A DNA stretch of 64,000 nt from positions 1,536,001 through 1,600,000 of the forward strand of contig CBDETK010000013.1 of NCBI GenBank assembly GCA_965242865.1, given 5' to 3'. The DNA is from Candidatus Latescibacterota bacterium (GTDB lineage Bacteria; Latescibacterota; UBA2968; UBA8231). A model generated the notes under the pieces. The model was not told the DNA's origin. It did no database searches and saw only the letters and a list, made by a program, of their open reading frames with translations. How positions within the stretch are numbered: the stretch's first letter is position 1; the number at the start of each line of letters is the position of its first letter. Position numbers and translations under genes: made by a program. Shown here piece by piece: positions 56,035-64,000 of the stretch.

Positions 56035-58362
56035 ATGTCCATTGCCTCCGCTCTCCTCGTCCTGCTCGCCGGTAGCGCGAGCGCGGACCAGTTGCGCTTT
56101 GACTCGGTGCGCGATTGGCGCGACTGGCAAGTGCCGGTGGGCGCGGTCCACCTCGCGGCCAGCGGTGCCATCCAGCCCGTGCGCGTGCAAAAAGGCGTAA
56201 ATGCCGTGCGCGACGCCCCGGCTTTTGGCGGCGGCATCCGCCGGGCCGGCTCCAACCCCGGCCAAGCCCGCGCCCTCCTCGACGGCAACCCCGCGACCGG
56301 CTGGGCACCCGACCCGACGGACGATCGGGCCGACTGGTTCGTGGAAATCGACCTCGGCCGCAGCGTCTCAGCGCACCGCATCGCGCTGGTCTTTGCCGAC
56401 GACGCGCCCCCTTTTGAGCTGTTCGACCTCTTGCTCTCGGCCGGCGAGCCTCAGCTCGACCACGTCGCCAACCCGGTCGCCGGCTCCCTGATCTACCGCA
56501 TTAAGGAACGCTTCAAAGAAAATGCGCGCCACCGCGTCGAGTATGCCCCGGGCGACGCGCTCTACCTGACGCCGATCCGCTACCTGCAAATCCGCAACCT
56601 CAAGCACGTTCCCGACGCTCGGCTCGTGGCCGTGGAGGTCGAGAGCATCGGCGACAATCTCATCCTCAACCTCATCGAGCGCGGCGGGTCCATCGACGTG
56701 GTCATCGACGCGTTTGTCCGCGCCGAAGAAGTTACCTTGGGCAACGCGCTCAACTTAGTCGATGGCTCCATCTTCGACCGCTGGCGCAATGGGCGCGAGC
56801 CGCGCAACACGTACAACACGTACAGCCACATCACGATCGACTTAGGGGCCGTTTATCCGGTGGATTTCGTGCGCCTGATTACCGGCGTGGCCATCCGCGG
56901 CGGCTTTGGCGAACACCTGCTGCGGACGCGGGCCGGGGCCAGCGGCGCGCGCTCCTTCAGCTACAAAAACTACGAGGTGCTCACCTCGGACGGCACCATC
57001 GCCCCGGATGGCACCCGAATATGGACGCGGCACTTTGCCGGCTACGCCAGCAGCGAAAACCACACCGCCGGGCTGGCCGACCACCAATTCCCCACCCTAC
57101 CGGCCCGCTACGTCCGCATCGTTTGGCTAATCTGGGATGCCACCTGTGCTGCGGCCCTGCCCGACGCGTCCTCGCGCTGGGGCTGCTACGCCAACGGCTC
57201 GACCGAAGAAATCCAAGTGTACGGGGAGGGCTATCCGCTCGCGGTGCGGATCGGCTCGCCGCTCATCGACTTGGGCCGCGGCAAAAACCTCAACTCAATT
57301 GAGTGGCAGGCCCAGACCCCGTTGGGCACCCACGTTGAAATCCGCTCTCGCACCGGCAACGAGGTCGTAGAGGAATACACTTTTTACGATAAAAACGGCC
57401 GACAAGTGACCCCGAAGCGCTACGACAAACTGATCCCCAGCTTCAAGGGCAAAATCGACACGACGCGCATCGCCGGCGCCGACTGGAGCCCCTATAGCAA
57501 CATCTACGGCGCGTCGGGCGCGGCCTTCTCGTCGCCTTCGCCGCGCCGCTTTATGGAACTCGAGGTGCGCTTGGTGTCCGACAGCCCAATGCAGGCACCC
57601 CGCTTCGACTGGCTGGCGGTCCACTTCAGCGACCCGCTGGCCTCCGCGGTCGTCGGCGAGGTGTTCCCCCTTGAAGTCGCGCCCGGGCAAAAGACCCGCT
57701 TTTCCTACTTCCTGCGGCCAGCGACGACCCAAGACGGCTTTGACCGGATCGCGATTGAGGCCTCGACCGGCCCCCAATTTGACGCCGCCTTTGTCGATGG
57801 CGAGCGGGTCGAGGTCGCCGTTGAGTCCCTCGCTCAGGGCTTTCGCGCCACTTTTCCGCGCCGCATTCGCAGCCGCCAACTCGTGGAGCTGCGCTTTGTT
57901 GCGCCGGTCTATGTGCAGGCGACCCGCTTTGACGCCTTTCTCGAAGACAGCCAAAAGACGCCGACGCGCCAACTCGTCGATCCGGGCGACGCCTCGCCCC
58001 AAGTCGAGAGCAGTTCCAACGTGGTGCGCCTGCCCATCGCCGACCAACTCTTTGCCGACCTCTCCTTCAGCCCCGCGCTCATCACGCCCAACGGCGACGG
58101 GATCAACGACCAGCTTCGCATCTCCTTTGACCTCATCAACGTGCTCTCCGCCCGCCCCTTGCACCTGCGAATCTACGATTTGTCCGGCCAGCCGCTTTTC
58201 ATGCAGGAGCAGGCCGGCCGAGCCGGCACCATCGCCTGGGACTGGGACGGCCGCGACTCGCACGGCCAGCGCGTCCCCCCCGGCCTCTACATCGCCGAGC
58301 TACAAGTCGCTGGCGACTCCGGCGATCGCAGCGCAAGGCGCGTCGTGGCCGTGGCTTACTAA
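56035..58362 (+). CDS. Large secreted protein with discoidin-like domains and FlgD Ig-like C-terminus
   Basis: Signal peptide ending ASA; LLDGNPATGW, EIDLGR, ITIDLG; tail ITPNGDGIND...IYDLSG...WDGRD..GQRVPPGLY. Confidence 0.88.
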   Translation: MSIASALLVLLAGSASADQLRFDSVRDWRDWQVPVGAVHLAASGAIQPVRVQKGVNAVRDAPAFGGGIRRAGSNPGQARALLDGNPATGWAPDPTDDRADWFVEIDLGRSVSAHRIALVFADDAPPFELFDLLLSAGEPQLDHVANPVAGSLIYRIKERFKENARHRVEYAPGDALYLTPIRYLQIRNLKHVPDARLVAVEVESIGDNLILNLIERGGSIDVVIDAFVRAEEVTLGNALNLVDGSIFDRWRNGREPRNTYNTYSHITIDLGAVYPVDFVRLITGVAIRGGFGEHLLRTRAGASGARSFSYKNYEVLTSDGTIAPDGTRIWTRHFAGYASSENHTAGLADHQFPTLPARYVRIVWLIWDATCAAALPDASSRWGCYANGSTEEIQVYGEGYPLAVRIGSPLIDLGRGKNLNSIEWQAQTPLGTHVEIRSRTGNEVVEEYTFYDKNGRQVTPKRYDKLIPSFKGKIDTTRIAGADWSPYSNIYGASGAAFSSPSPRRFMELEVRLVSDSPMQAPRFDWLAVHFSDPLASAVVGEVFPLEVAPGQKTRFSYFLRPATTQDGFDRIAIEASTGPQFDAAFVDGERVEVAVESLAQGFRATFPRRIRSRQLVELRFVAPVYVQATRFDAFLEDSQKTPTRQLVDPGDASPQVESSSNVVRLPIADQLFADLSFSPALITPNGDGINDQLRISFDLINVLSARPLHLRIYDLSGQPLFMQEQAGRAGTIAWDWDGRDSHGQRVPPGLYIAELQVAGDSGDRSARRVVAVAY

Positions 58363-59249
58363 CTAATGGTGCTAGTGTTTTACAATCCGAACTCGGCGAT
58401 AGACAACGGGACGAATCCGTTTTCATCGGGTTGGAATCCATGCCACTGCACCCGCAGATTGAAGGCGGCCATGGCAAAGCTCAGATGGGCGGTGAAATAC
58501 GCCCACGCTCGATGGGTCTGCTGCTTAAAGCGGCGGGTTCGGGTGAGCATGGAAAAGATCGTCTCAATGAGCATCCGCTCGTTCCAAGTGTTCCGGGGAC
58601 ACACTTTCAGATTGGCCGGATCGCCCGCTTGGGCATGAAAGCCCTGGTCGCTGAGGACGATCATCTGCTGTTGGAAGCGTCGGATCATCGGATGAAAGAC
58701 CGAATCGTGGACTTATGCCGTGTTCCAATCCCAATCGACGATCCGCCCCCACTGATTGACGATCATACACAGCTTGCCGCCGACGATCCAACGGTGGTTG
58801 GAGAGCCCTTTCTTCCCAATGGCGTGCTGCGCCCGGCCTTGACGCACCGGATGGCGCAACTCAATGCCATAGCTGTCGACCACTCCCAAGGTCGTCAGCT
58901 CGGCGCGGAAGCGGTCGGTCCACTCGGCATGAGCGGCGAAGAGGCGAAACAAGCGGGGGCGCGATGGTAGGCGCGGGAACCAAGCCTGCCAGTCCCGCAC
59001 CAGCCAGCGGTAAAATGCCCGTTTACCCCCGCCTTTGAGCGCATACAACACCCCTAAGGTGACCACCTCACTCGGATATAAGGACGCTTGCGGGTGTTTG
59101 GGCACATCAAGCATCTGATTGTCAATGCGGTAGAACAGGGCTATTATAAACTCGGCCGTGGTCATCAGGACGCTCCGGGGCTGAAAGGTCAGAGATACCC
59201 TCAGCGTAGGAACTACCATGACCACGGTCAACATACTAGCACCATTGGT
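58362..59249 (-). mobile_element. IS982-like insertion sequence (888 bp)
   Basis: 15-bp terminal IRs ACTAATGGTGCTAGT / ACTAGCACCATTGGT (one mismatch); TACTA duplicated at 58357-58361 and 59250-59254. Confidence 0.88.
58380..59165 (-). pseudogene. DDE transposase with in-frame nonsense codon
   Basis: VVDS, SDQGF, RMLIETIFSML; TAA at 58713-58715 interrupts TA*VHD and both halves share one frame. Confidence 0.88.
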
Positions 59250-59336
59250 TACTAGGTGCGCCTGATTTCCGGGCGACGATGCGGTTTGGGTTGCAAACAT
59301 TAGTCTGTTTCGTCAACTTGATTCTGTAGAAACCGA

Positions 59337-59852
59337 ATGATCGTAGCCGACGCTTCTCCATTGATCGTCCTCGCCAAGCTCCGGCACCTGAGACTCTTAA
59401 ACGACCTCTATGGCGAAGTGTTGATCGGACCTATCGTAAAAGCGGAAACAATTGATGCTGGTCAAGCTATCCGTGCCCGGGATGTGGAGCAGATCGAGGC
59501 TGCCCTAGAAGATGGCTGGCTACAGACGGTTCGCTTAACCGCACAGGAGCGCGACCTGATGCAGCGTCTGACGAGACGCTCGCGGCTAGACCAAGGCGAA
59601 GCCGAAGCCATTGCGCTGGCGAGCGTGCGGGGCCTGCGGCTGATCGTCGACGACAAGGAGGCCCGAAGCGTGGCTCTGGCCGCTGGAGTACAACACTTGG
59701 GCACGGCCGGCGCATTGTTGGAAGCGCACTGGCGGCAGTGTCTCGACTTGGGAGCACTGGAGGGCATACTGAGAGATCTCAGTCAGATCTTGTGGCTTTC
59801 CCCAGCCGTCGTAGCAGAAATACTGAGACTTGCACGGGAGGCAAAGCGATGA
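59337..59852 (+). CDS. PIN-domain DUF3368 toxin
   Basis: IVADASPLI, LDQGEAEAIALA, LIVDDKEAR, GTAGALL. Confidence 0.9.
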   Translation: MIVADASPLIVLAKLRHLRLLNDLYGEVLIGPIVKAETIDAGQAIRARDVEQIEAALEDGWLQTVRLTAQERDLMQRLTRRSRLDQGEAEAIALASVRGLRLIVDDKEARSVALAAGVQHLGTAGALLEAHWRQCLDLGALEGILRDLSQILWLSPAVVAEILRLAREAKR

Positions 59853-60172
59853 AGAAGGAACAGATGGTCGGCACTAGGCTCCCCGCGGAGTTGGTCCGCG
59901 AATTAGCGTTTATCGAGGATGTCGAGCAGTCCGATCGCTCAACCACGGTCCGCCGGCTGCTCTCGAAAGCGATCCAAGAATGGAAGCTCGAGCACTACGC
60001 CCGGCTGTATGGCGATGGCAAGCTCACGCTGGCCCGAGCGGCACGCGATGCGGGAGTCTCCTTGTGGGAGATGATGGATTATGCCCGTGCCAGAAAGGTG
60101 CCTGCTCAATACGACCTCAAAGATCTCCAGCGCGACTTGGGCACTATCAAGGGAAGCCCGAACCAGCCGTAA
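59849..60172 (+). CDS. UPF0175 family antitoxin
   Basis: RHH-like DRSTTVRRLL then YGDGKLTLARAARDAGVSLWEM; ATGA overlap with toxin. Confidence 0.88.
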   Translation: MKKEQMVGTRLPAELVRELAFIEDVEQSDRSTTVRRLLSKAIQEWKLEHYARLYGDGKLTLARAARDAGVSLWEMMDYARARKVPAQYDLKDLQRDLGTIKGSPNQP

Positions 60173-60187
60173 ACGCTCTATGGCCTG

Positions 60188-60754
60188 TCACCCCCACACA
60201 AAAAACGCGGCTAACAGCGCGATCCACACTGCCTCTAGGAAATGCCAGTACGCCGCACAGGCCCGCACTGAAAAGAGGTGTTCGCTGTCGAGCCGATTCG
60301 CGCGTGCCTTCCACGCCAGCGCCGACAACGGCACCATCCCGCCGACCACGTGGAGTGCGTGGACCACGACCAGCGCGAACGCAATGCCGTAGGCACTCGC
60401 CTCCAGCGCCCGGTGGCGGTCGAGTAGCTGCATCAGCGCCGGCACCTGTGCGGCGATAAACAGCGCGCTCGTCACCCAAGCCCGGACCAGCCACCGCCGC
60501 AGCAGCGGGAAGTGCCCGCGCCGAGCATTCTGCGTCGCCTTGTACATGGCCAGCCCCGCGCCCAACAGCACGACCGTCGAAACGCCCAGTGCCAGCGGCA
60601 GCTCAATGCGCTCGCTCCCCTGTAACGCCGGGCTAGTCAGCCGCAGGTAAGCAAAGGCCGCGATGCTGGCCCCAAAGAGCACGGCCAGCGAGCTCAAAAA
60701 CAGGGTCAGGCCCAACTGGCGCCGCCCCCGCAGATCGGGCGAGTTCCAGCTCAT
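60188..60754 (-). CDS. Heme-copper oxidase subunit III-like membrane protein (orphan)
   Basis: Five TMs, LFLSS..VLF, HALHVVGG, YWHFLEAVW. Confidence 0.85.
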   Translation of the reverse strand: MSWNSPDLRGRRQLGLTLFLSSLAVLFGASIAAFAYLRLTSPALQGSERIELPLALGVSTVVLLGAGLAMYKATQNARRGHFPLLRRWLVRAWVTSALFIAAQVPALMQLLDRHRALEASAYGIAFALVVVHALHVVGGMVPLSALAWKARANRLDSEHLFSVRACAAYWHFLEAVWIALLAAFFVWG

Positions 60755-61539
60755 CCCCAGCGATACTCAGGCGGGTCGAACACAAACCCGTGGAAAAAGC
60801 GCCGTTGCGCGGGCGCGAGCCCCTGCAAGAACGCTCGGTCGTAGCGCCACTGCTCTGCACACGCCAGCATCCACGGGTGTTCGTACCCATAGTACAGCAT
60901 CACCCGCTTGCCCCCGCGGCGCACAAAAGGGCCGGCCGTATGCCACATGGCGTTGTGAAAGAACATCGCTGTCCCCGGGCCGCCGCAGATTTGGATGGCC
61001 CCGGCCTGCAAGTCCTCGGCCGTCAGCTCGACCCGCGCCTTATGGCTTTTTGGCACCAAGGTCAGGTTGCCTTGGTCCGGCGCGCTCATGTCGCTTAGGT
61101 AATAGCCGACCTTGAACTGCAACAGGGGGATGGGCGATCCGAGGTTGCGAAAGCCATCCTGAATCCCGTCGATGTGCCACCCCTGCCCGTGGTGCTCGGC
61201 TGGTTCAACCTCGTAGAAGGCGTCCGTTGAGTGTAGATGCGGCATGGTATTAAAGAGCGCGTGGACGTAGGCCATCATCGGCTCGTAGGAGAGCATGTCC
61301 AAAAAGAGCGGGTCCTCGGCCAGCAGGTGCATGACCCGCACCGCACCCGAATCGAGCCGATCCGCAAAGGCAGGTTCGCGTTCGCGCCGGAACTCGGGCG
61401 CTCGTCGCCGCGCAATGACCCGCTCTAAGGCCGCCGACAGGGCCGCGACCCGCTCGGGCGCAAGGAAGTCTTCTAGCACCAAGTACCCGTTGTCGTCAAA
61501 GAAAGCGCGTTCTGCGGCCGTGGGGTGACTTTCGGTCAT
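60751..61539 (-). CDS. Phytanoyl-CoA dioxygenase (PhyH) family protein
   Basis: FDDNGYLV, WHIDG, GNLTLVPKSH, PGTAMFFHNAMWH, R. Confidence 0.9.
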   Translation of the reverse strand: MTESHPTAAERAFFDDNGYLVLEDFLAPERVAALSAALERVIARRRAPEFRREREPAFADRLDSGAVRVMHLLAEDPLFLDMLSYEPMMAYVHALFNTMPHLHSTDAFYEVEPAEHHGQGWHIDGIQDGFRNLGSPIPLLQFKVGYYLSDMSAPDQGNLTLVPKSHKARVELTAEDLQAGAIQICGGPGTAMFFHNAMWHTAGPFVRRGGKRVMLYYGYEHPWMLACAEQWRYDRAFLQGLAPAQRRFFHGFVFDPPEYRWG

Positions 61540-64000
61540 TTTCTGTCTCCGATGTTAGTGCTTGGTGTGTCCTCGAGAATTTTCGCCACGTAATCGTACG
61601 GGCCGGTGCGCTCGGGAAAGAGGATGTGCGCTTGGGCGAAGCGTTCCCGGTCCCACGATCCATCATCGTACCGCTTGTGTAACTCATTGTATGGCGTCGC
61701 CGAAATGATGAAGGAGTCGAGGTGTACGTTTGGTACGTTGGAGCGCTGGGATATGTCGCGGGCTAAGGCCGGCAACCGCTCGTGCAGGCGCGCTTTGTCG
61801 TCGTGCTGGTACGCATTGGCCTGAAGCATCCCGTGCGGCTCGACGAACACGATGCGCTGGGCGTCGTCGGTTTTAATCCAGAGAATGAAGTCGGGGTAGA
61901 AGCCGCTGGTCTCAAAGAACCCCACCCCTTGGCCGCGGCTCAGATTCCGCAGCAGGAAGACCTCCGCGCCGGCCAGTGCGTTGCCTTGCTTTTCTTGCCA
62001 GTATGACCGCAAGTCCCGCACGAATTGCTGTTCGCTTTCGTTTAACCCCGGCGGAGATACTTTTACTTTGTCATCGCTTAGTAGCAGCGGTTGATAGAAG
62101 TGCCGGTCAAAATGGATGCGCGGCAAAGCACCCGCCGCGGCCTCGTCGTCGTACAGTGCCCGGCTGTCCGCGATGAGTGCTTCAATGCCCTGTATCAATG
62201 CGGTCTCCGACCGCGGTACGCCGACCTTGTACTGGCCAGCGGGGCTGTCATCGGCCTCGCTGACGTTAAACCGCAGATTGGGCTCGCGCTCGTCCAGCGT
62301 CTTATAGACCAAGTTTGCTGAATCCCACTGCTCGCGCCGGTGCCGATAGAGCGCGTCCGCGTATTTCCGCACGATGTTAGTCGCCGCCTCTTGCAGCCGC
62401 TCCAAGTCGTCGAGACTTTGCGGATGTACTACGGTATCCTCCGCTATCAGGCGATACAACGCGCCGGATTGCAAAATTTTTCGCGGCGCGTCCGGTTGGA
62501 CGAGCAAGTTCCCCCACCCCCTTTGCTCCTTGTATGCAATCAGAGCGAGATGGACGCTTTCCCAATCCACCAGCGCAAGGCTTTCGGGCGGTATGGCTCG
62601 CCCTTCTGCGCCGGCACTCGCCTCGGCCTCCATTGACCCCCCTTCGCTGCTAGCCAGCCGGTGTACCTTTGCGGACATATCAACGGACACTCGGCGCACA
62701 GCCGAATCGGGCTCCAGCATAACCGCTTTATCGGCGACGAAATCCCGCCCATCGTTCACCCGGGGGATGACCAGCCCCTTATTCAGAAAATCCTCGTTGG
62801 GCCTAATGGAAAACGGCAGTTCCAACACCCCATCCAGTTCCACGCCTTCCCGCTCTAGATAATCTCGGAATTGGGCCATGTAGTTGGCGCGGACGGCAAA
62901 AATGTTCAGGGTTTCCAGCAACTTGATGCAATCGGGATGTTCGCCGTCCAGCGCGGAACTGCGCTTCAGCGTCATATCCCGACCGCGCAAACGGACGCCG
63001 CGCCCGAATAACTGGATTATCTGCGATCCCTCGCTCCGGCCAATGTTGAGCAGCCCCATGTTGGACACGCGCCAAGAATCCCAACCCTCGATAAATTTTT
63101 TGGCGCCAATCAGCACCTCAATCGTCGTCCCCGGATCGTTGAGCCTGTCAAACAGGGAGCCGGCGAACGCATCCTCCTCAAGGACAATGCCGGCGTTGGC
63201 CGCCGCGACCAGCTTCTTGAATTTTGTCGTATCTCCGATGTAAATGAGGCCGAAGTAATCCTCCGCCCCGCCGACTTTGAGCCCTAATTCGCCGCTGCTG
63301 CCGCGTATATCGCACAGGTGTAGCCCACTACCGGCAGAAGCGTGCAACACCTTCTCCAGTATATCCCGATACACTGCGGCCGCATCCCGCCCGCGCAGGT
63401 ACTCAAACTTGTCGGCGAAAATGTCGTTGCCATCCGCGTCGCGCAGGTCTGAACTGCCCGCCAGCAACTGTTCAATCGCATCCGTCGCCCAAGTAGCATC
63501 CGCTATTAGCCGATGCAGGAACCGCACCACCGTCAGAATGTCGCTCCGGGATTGGCGTTTTTCCGTATAGACCGCGTTGACGCTGCTGCCGACGAAAACC
63601 CACAGGGGCCGAGCCAGATTGTAGGGCCGGAACGCCTCGCCCTGATCGGCAAAGACGAGTTGCTGCTCGTAAAAGGAGAGCAGGTTGGCGAGCAACAGCC
63701 TATCGGTCTGGTCCGCGGTCGTCTCTTCCCGCAAGTTGAGGATGTGGAAGTCCTTGCCGTAGCCATCGCCGTAGAAATAGCGGTAGGAATAGTCAAACGC
63801 GATGGCTTTGCCGTATTCGGCCGTCAGATCGTCGTTCCGCGCCGCGGTCAGCGCTTGCCCAAAGGTCGCGCTGTACTCAAAGGTGAACCCGGTCTCGCCC
63901 AGCGCGTCGCGAACTTTGCGCCACGCTTCGCCGCCGGAGCCTTTGTGCCCTTCATCGACAAAAATCAGGTTGTGGCCTTCAAACGCCTCTACGGGTACGC
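61536..64000 (-). CDS. Type III restriction endonuclease Res subunit-like helicase (5' truncated by window)
   Basis: Frame is open to the edge: FVDEGHKG, FEYSATF, KKFIEGWD, QLFGRGVRL, C-terminal FYPDFILW...FVEPHG. Confidence 0.88.
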   Translation of the reverse strand, partial: VPVEAFEGHNLIFVDEGHKGSGGEAWRKVRDALGETGFTFEYSATFGQALTAARNDDLTAEYGKAIAFDYSYRYFYGDGYGKDFHILNLREETTADQTDRLLLANLLSFYEQQLVFADQGEAFRPYNLARPLWVFVGSSVNAVYTEKRQSRSDILTVVRFLHRLIADATWATDAIEQLLAGSSDLRDADGNDIFADKFEYLRGRDAAAVYRDILEKVLHASAGSGLHLCDIRGSSGELGLKVGGAEDYFGLIYIGDTTKFKKLVAAANAGIVLEEDAFAGSLFDRLNDPGTTIEVLIGAKKFIEGWDSWRVSNMGLLNIGRSEGSQIIQLFGRGVRLRGRDMTLKRSSALDGEHPDCIKLLETLNIFAVRANYMAQFRDYLEREGVELDGVLELPFSIRPNEDFLNKGLVIPRVNDGRDFVADKAVMLEPDSAVRRVSVDMSAKVHRLASSEGGSMEAEASAGAEGRAIPPESLALVDWESVHLALIAYKEQRGWGNLLVQPDAPRKILQSGALYRLIAEDTVVHPQSLDDLERLQEAATNIVRKYADALYRHRREQWDSANLVYKTLDEREPNLRFNVSEADDSPAGQYKVGVPRSETALIQGIEALIADSRALYDDEAAAGALPRIHFDRHFYQPLLLSDDKVKVSPPGLNESEQQFVRDLRSYWQEKQGNALAGAEVFLLRNLSRGQGVGFFETSGFYPDFILWIKTDDAQRIVFVEPHGMLQANAYQHDDKARLHERLPALARDISQRSNVPNVHLDSFIISATPYNELHKRYDDGSWDRERFAQAHILFPERTGPYDYVAKILEDTPSTNIGDRK

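Noticed and set aside
58380-59165. Programmed frameshift transposase
   Set aside because: Both ORF halves are in the same frame, separated by a single TAA
61830-61905. EPHG instead of ExK in the Res nuclease motif as inactivation
   Set aside because: Variation at this position is plausible within the family; cannot be judged without an alignment

Overview
GC-rich bacterial chromosomal window. Its gene content (FlgD/T9SS-type C-terminal tails, 'TSWGxLK' tails, several PhyH dioxygenases, a sulfatase, an LRR+YWTD eukaryote-like lipoprotein, many toxin-antitoxin modules) suggests an FCB-superphylum sponge/marine symbiont such as Ca. Latescibacterota; this is inference, not a taxonomic test. Housekeeping blocks: Fe/cobalamin ABC transporter (1-4056), tesA/ybbAP, rsmB-PASTA-rpe-ffh-rpsP-rimM-trmD-rplS, recJ-apgM-glpQ, hom-apgM-asd. 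Accessory material: an AT-richer islet with two paralogous secreted proteins plus an XRE-ImmA/PIN pair (4204-8350), an AbiE-like pair, a 1724-aa exonuclease-RecQ-UvrD fusion, an AAA+PD-(D/E)XK protein, an LRR/YWTD lipoprotein behind a long structured leader with a C11 tract, a dead IS982-like element with clear IRs and a 5-bp target duplication, a PIN/UPF0175 pair and a type III restriction subunit cut by the window edge. No rRNA, tRNA, CRISPR array or reverse transcriptase was recognised. All family calls come from motif reading, not database searches. Best novelty candidates: the LRR-YWTD locus with codon-restricted blade variation, the 'SWGxLK'-tailed paralog pair, the double-helicase/nuclease fusion, and a sulfatase-fold enzyme with Thr at the formylglycine position.
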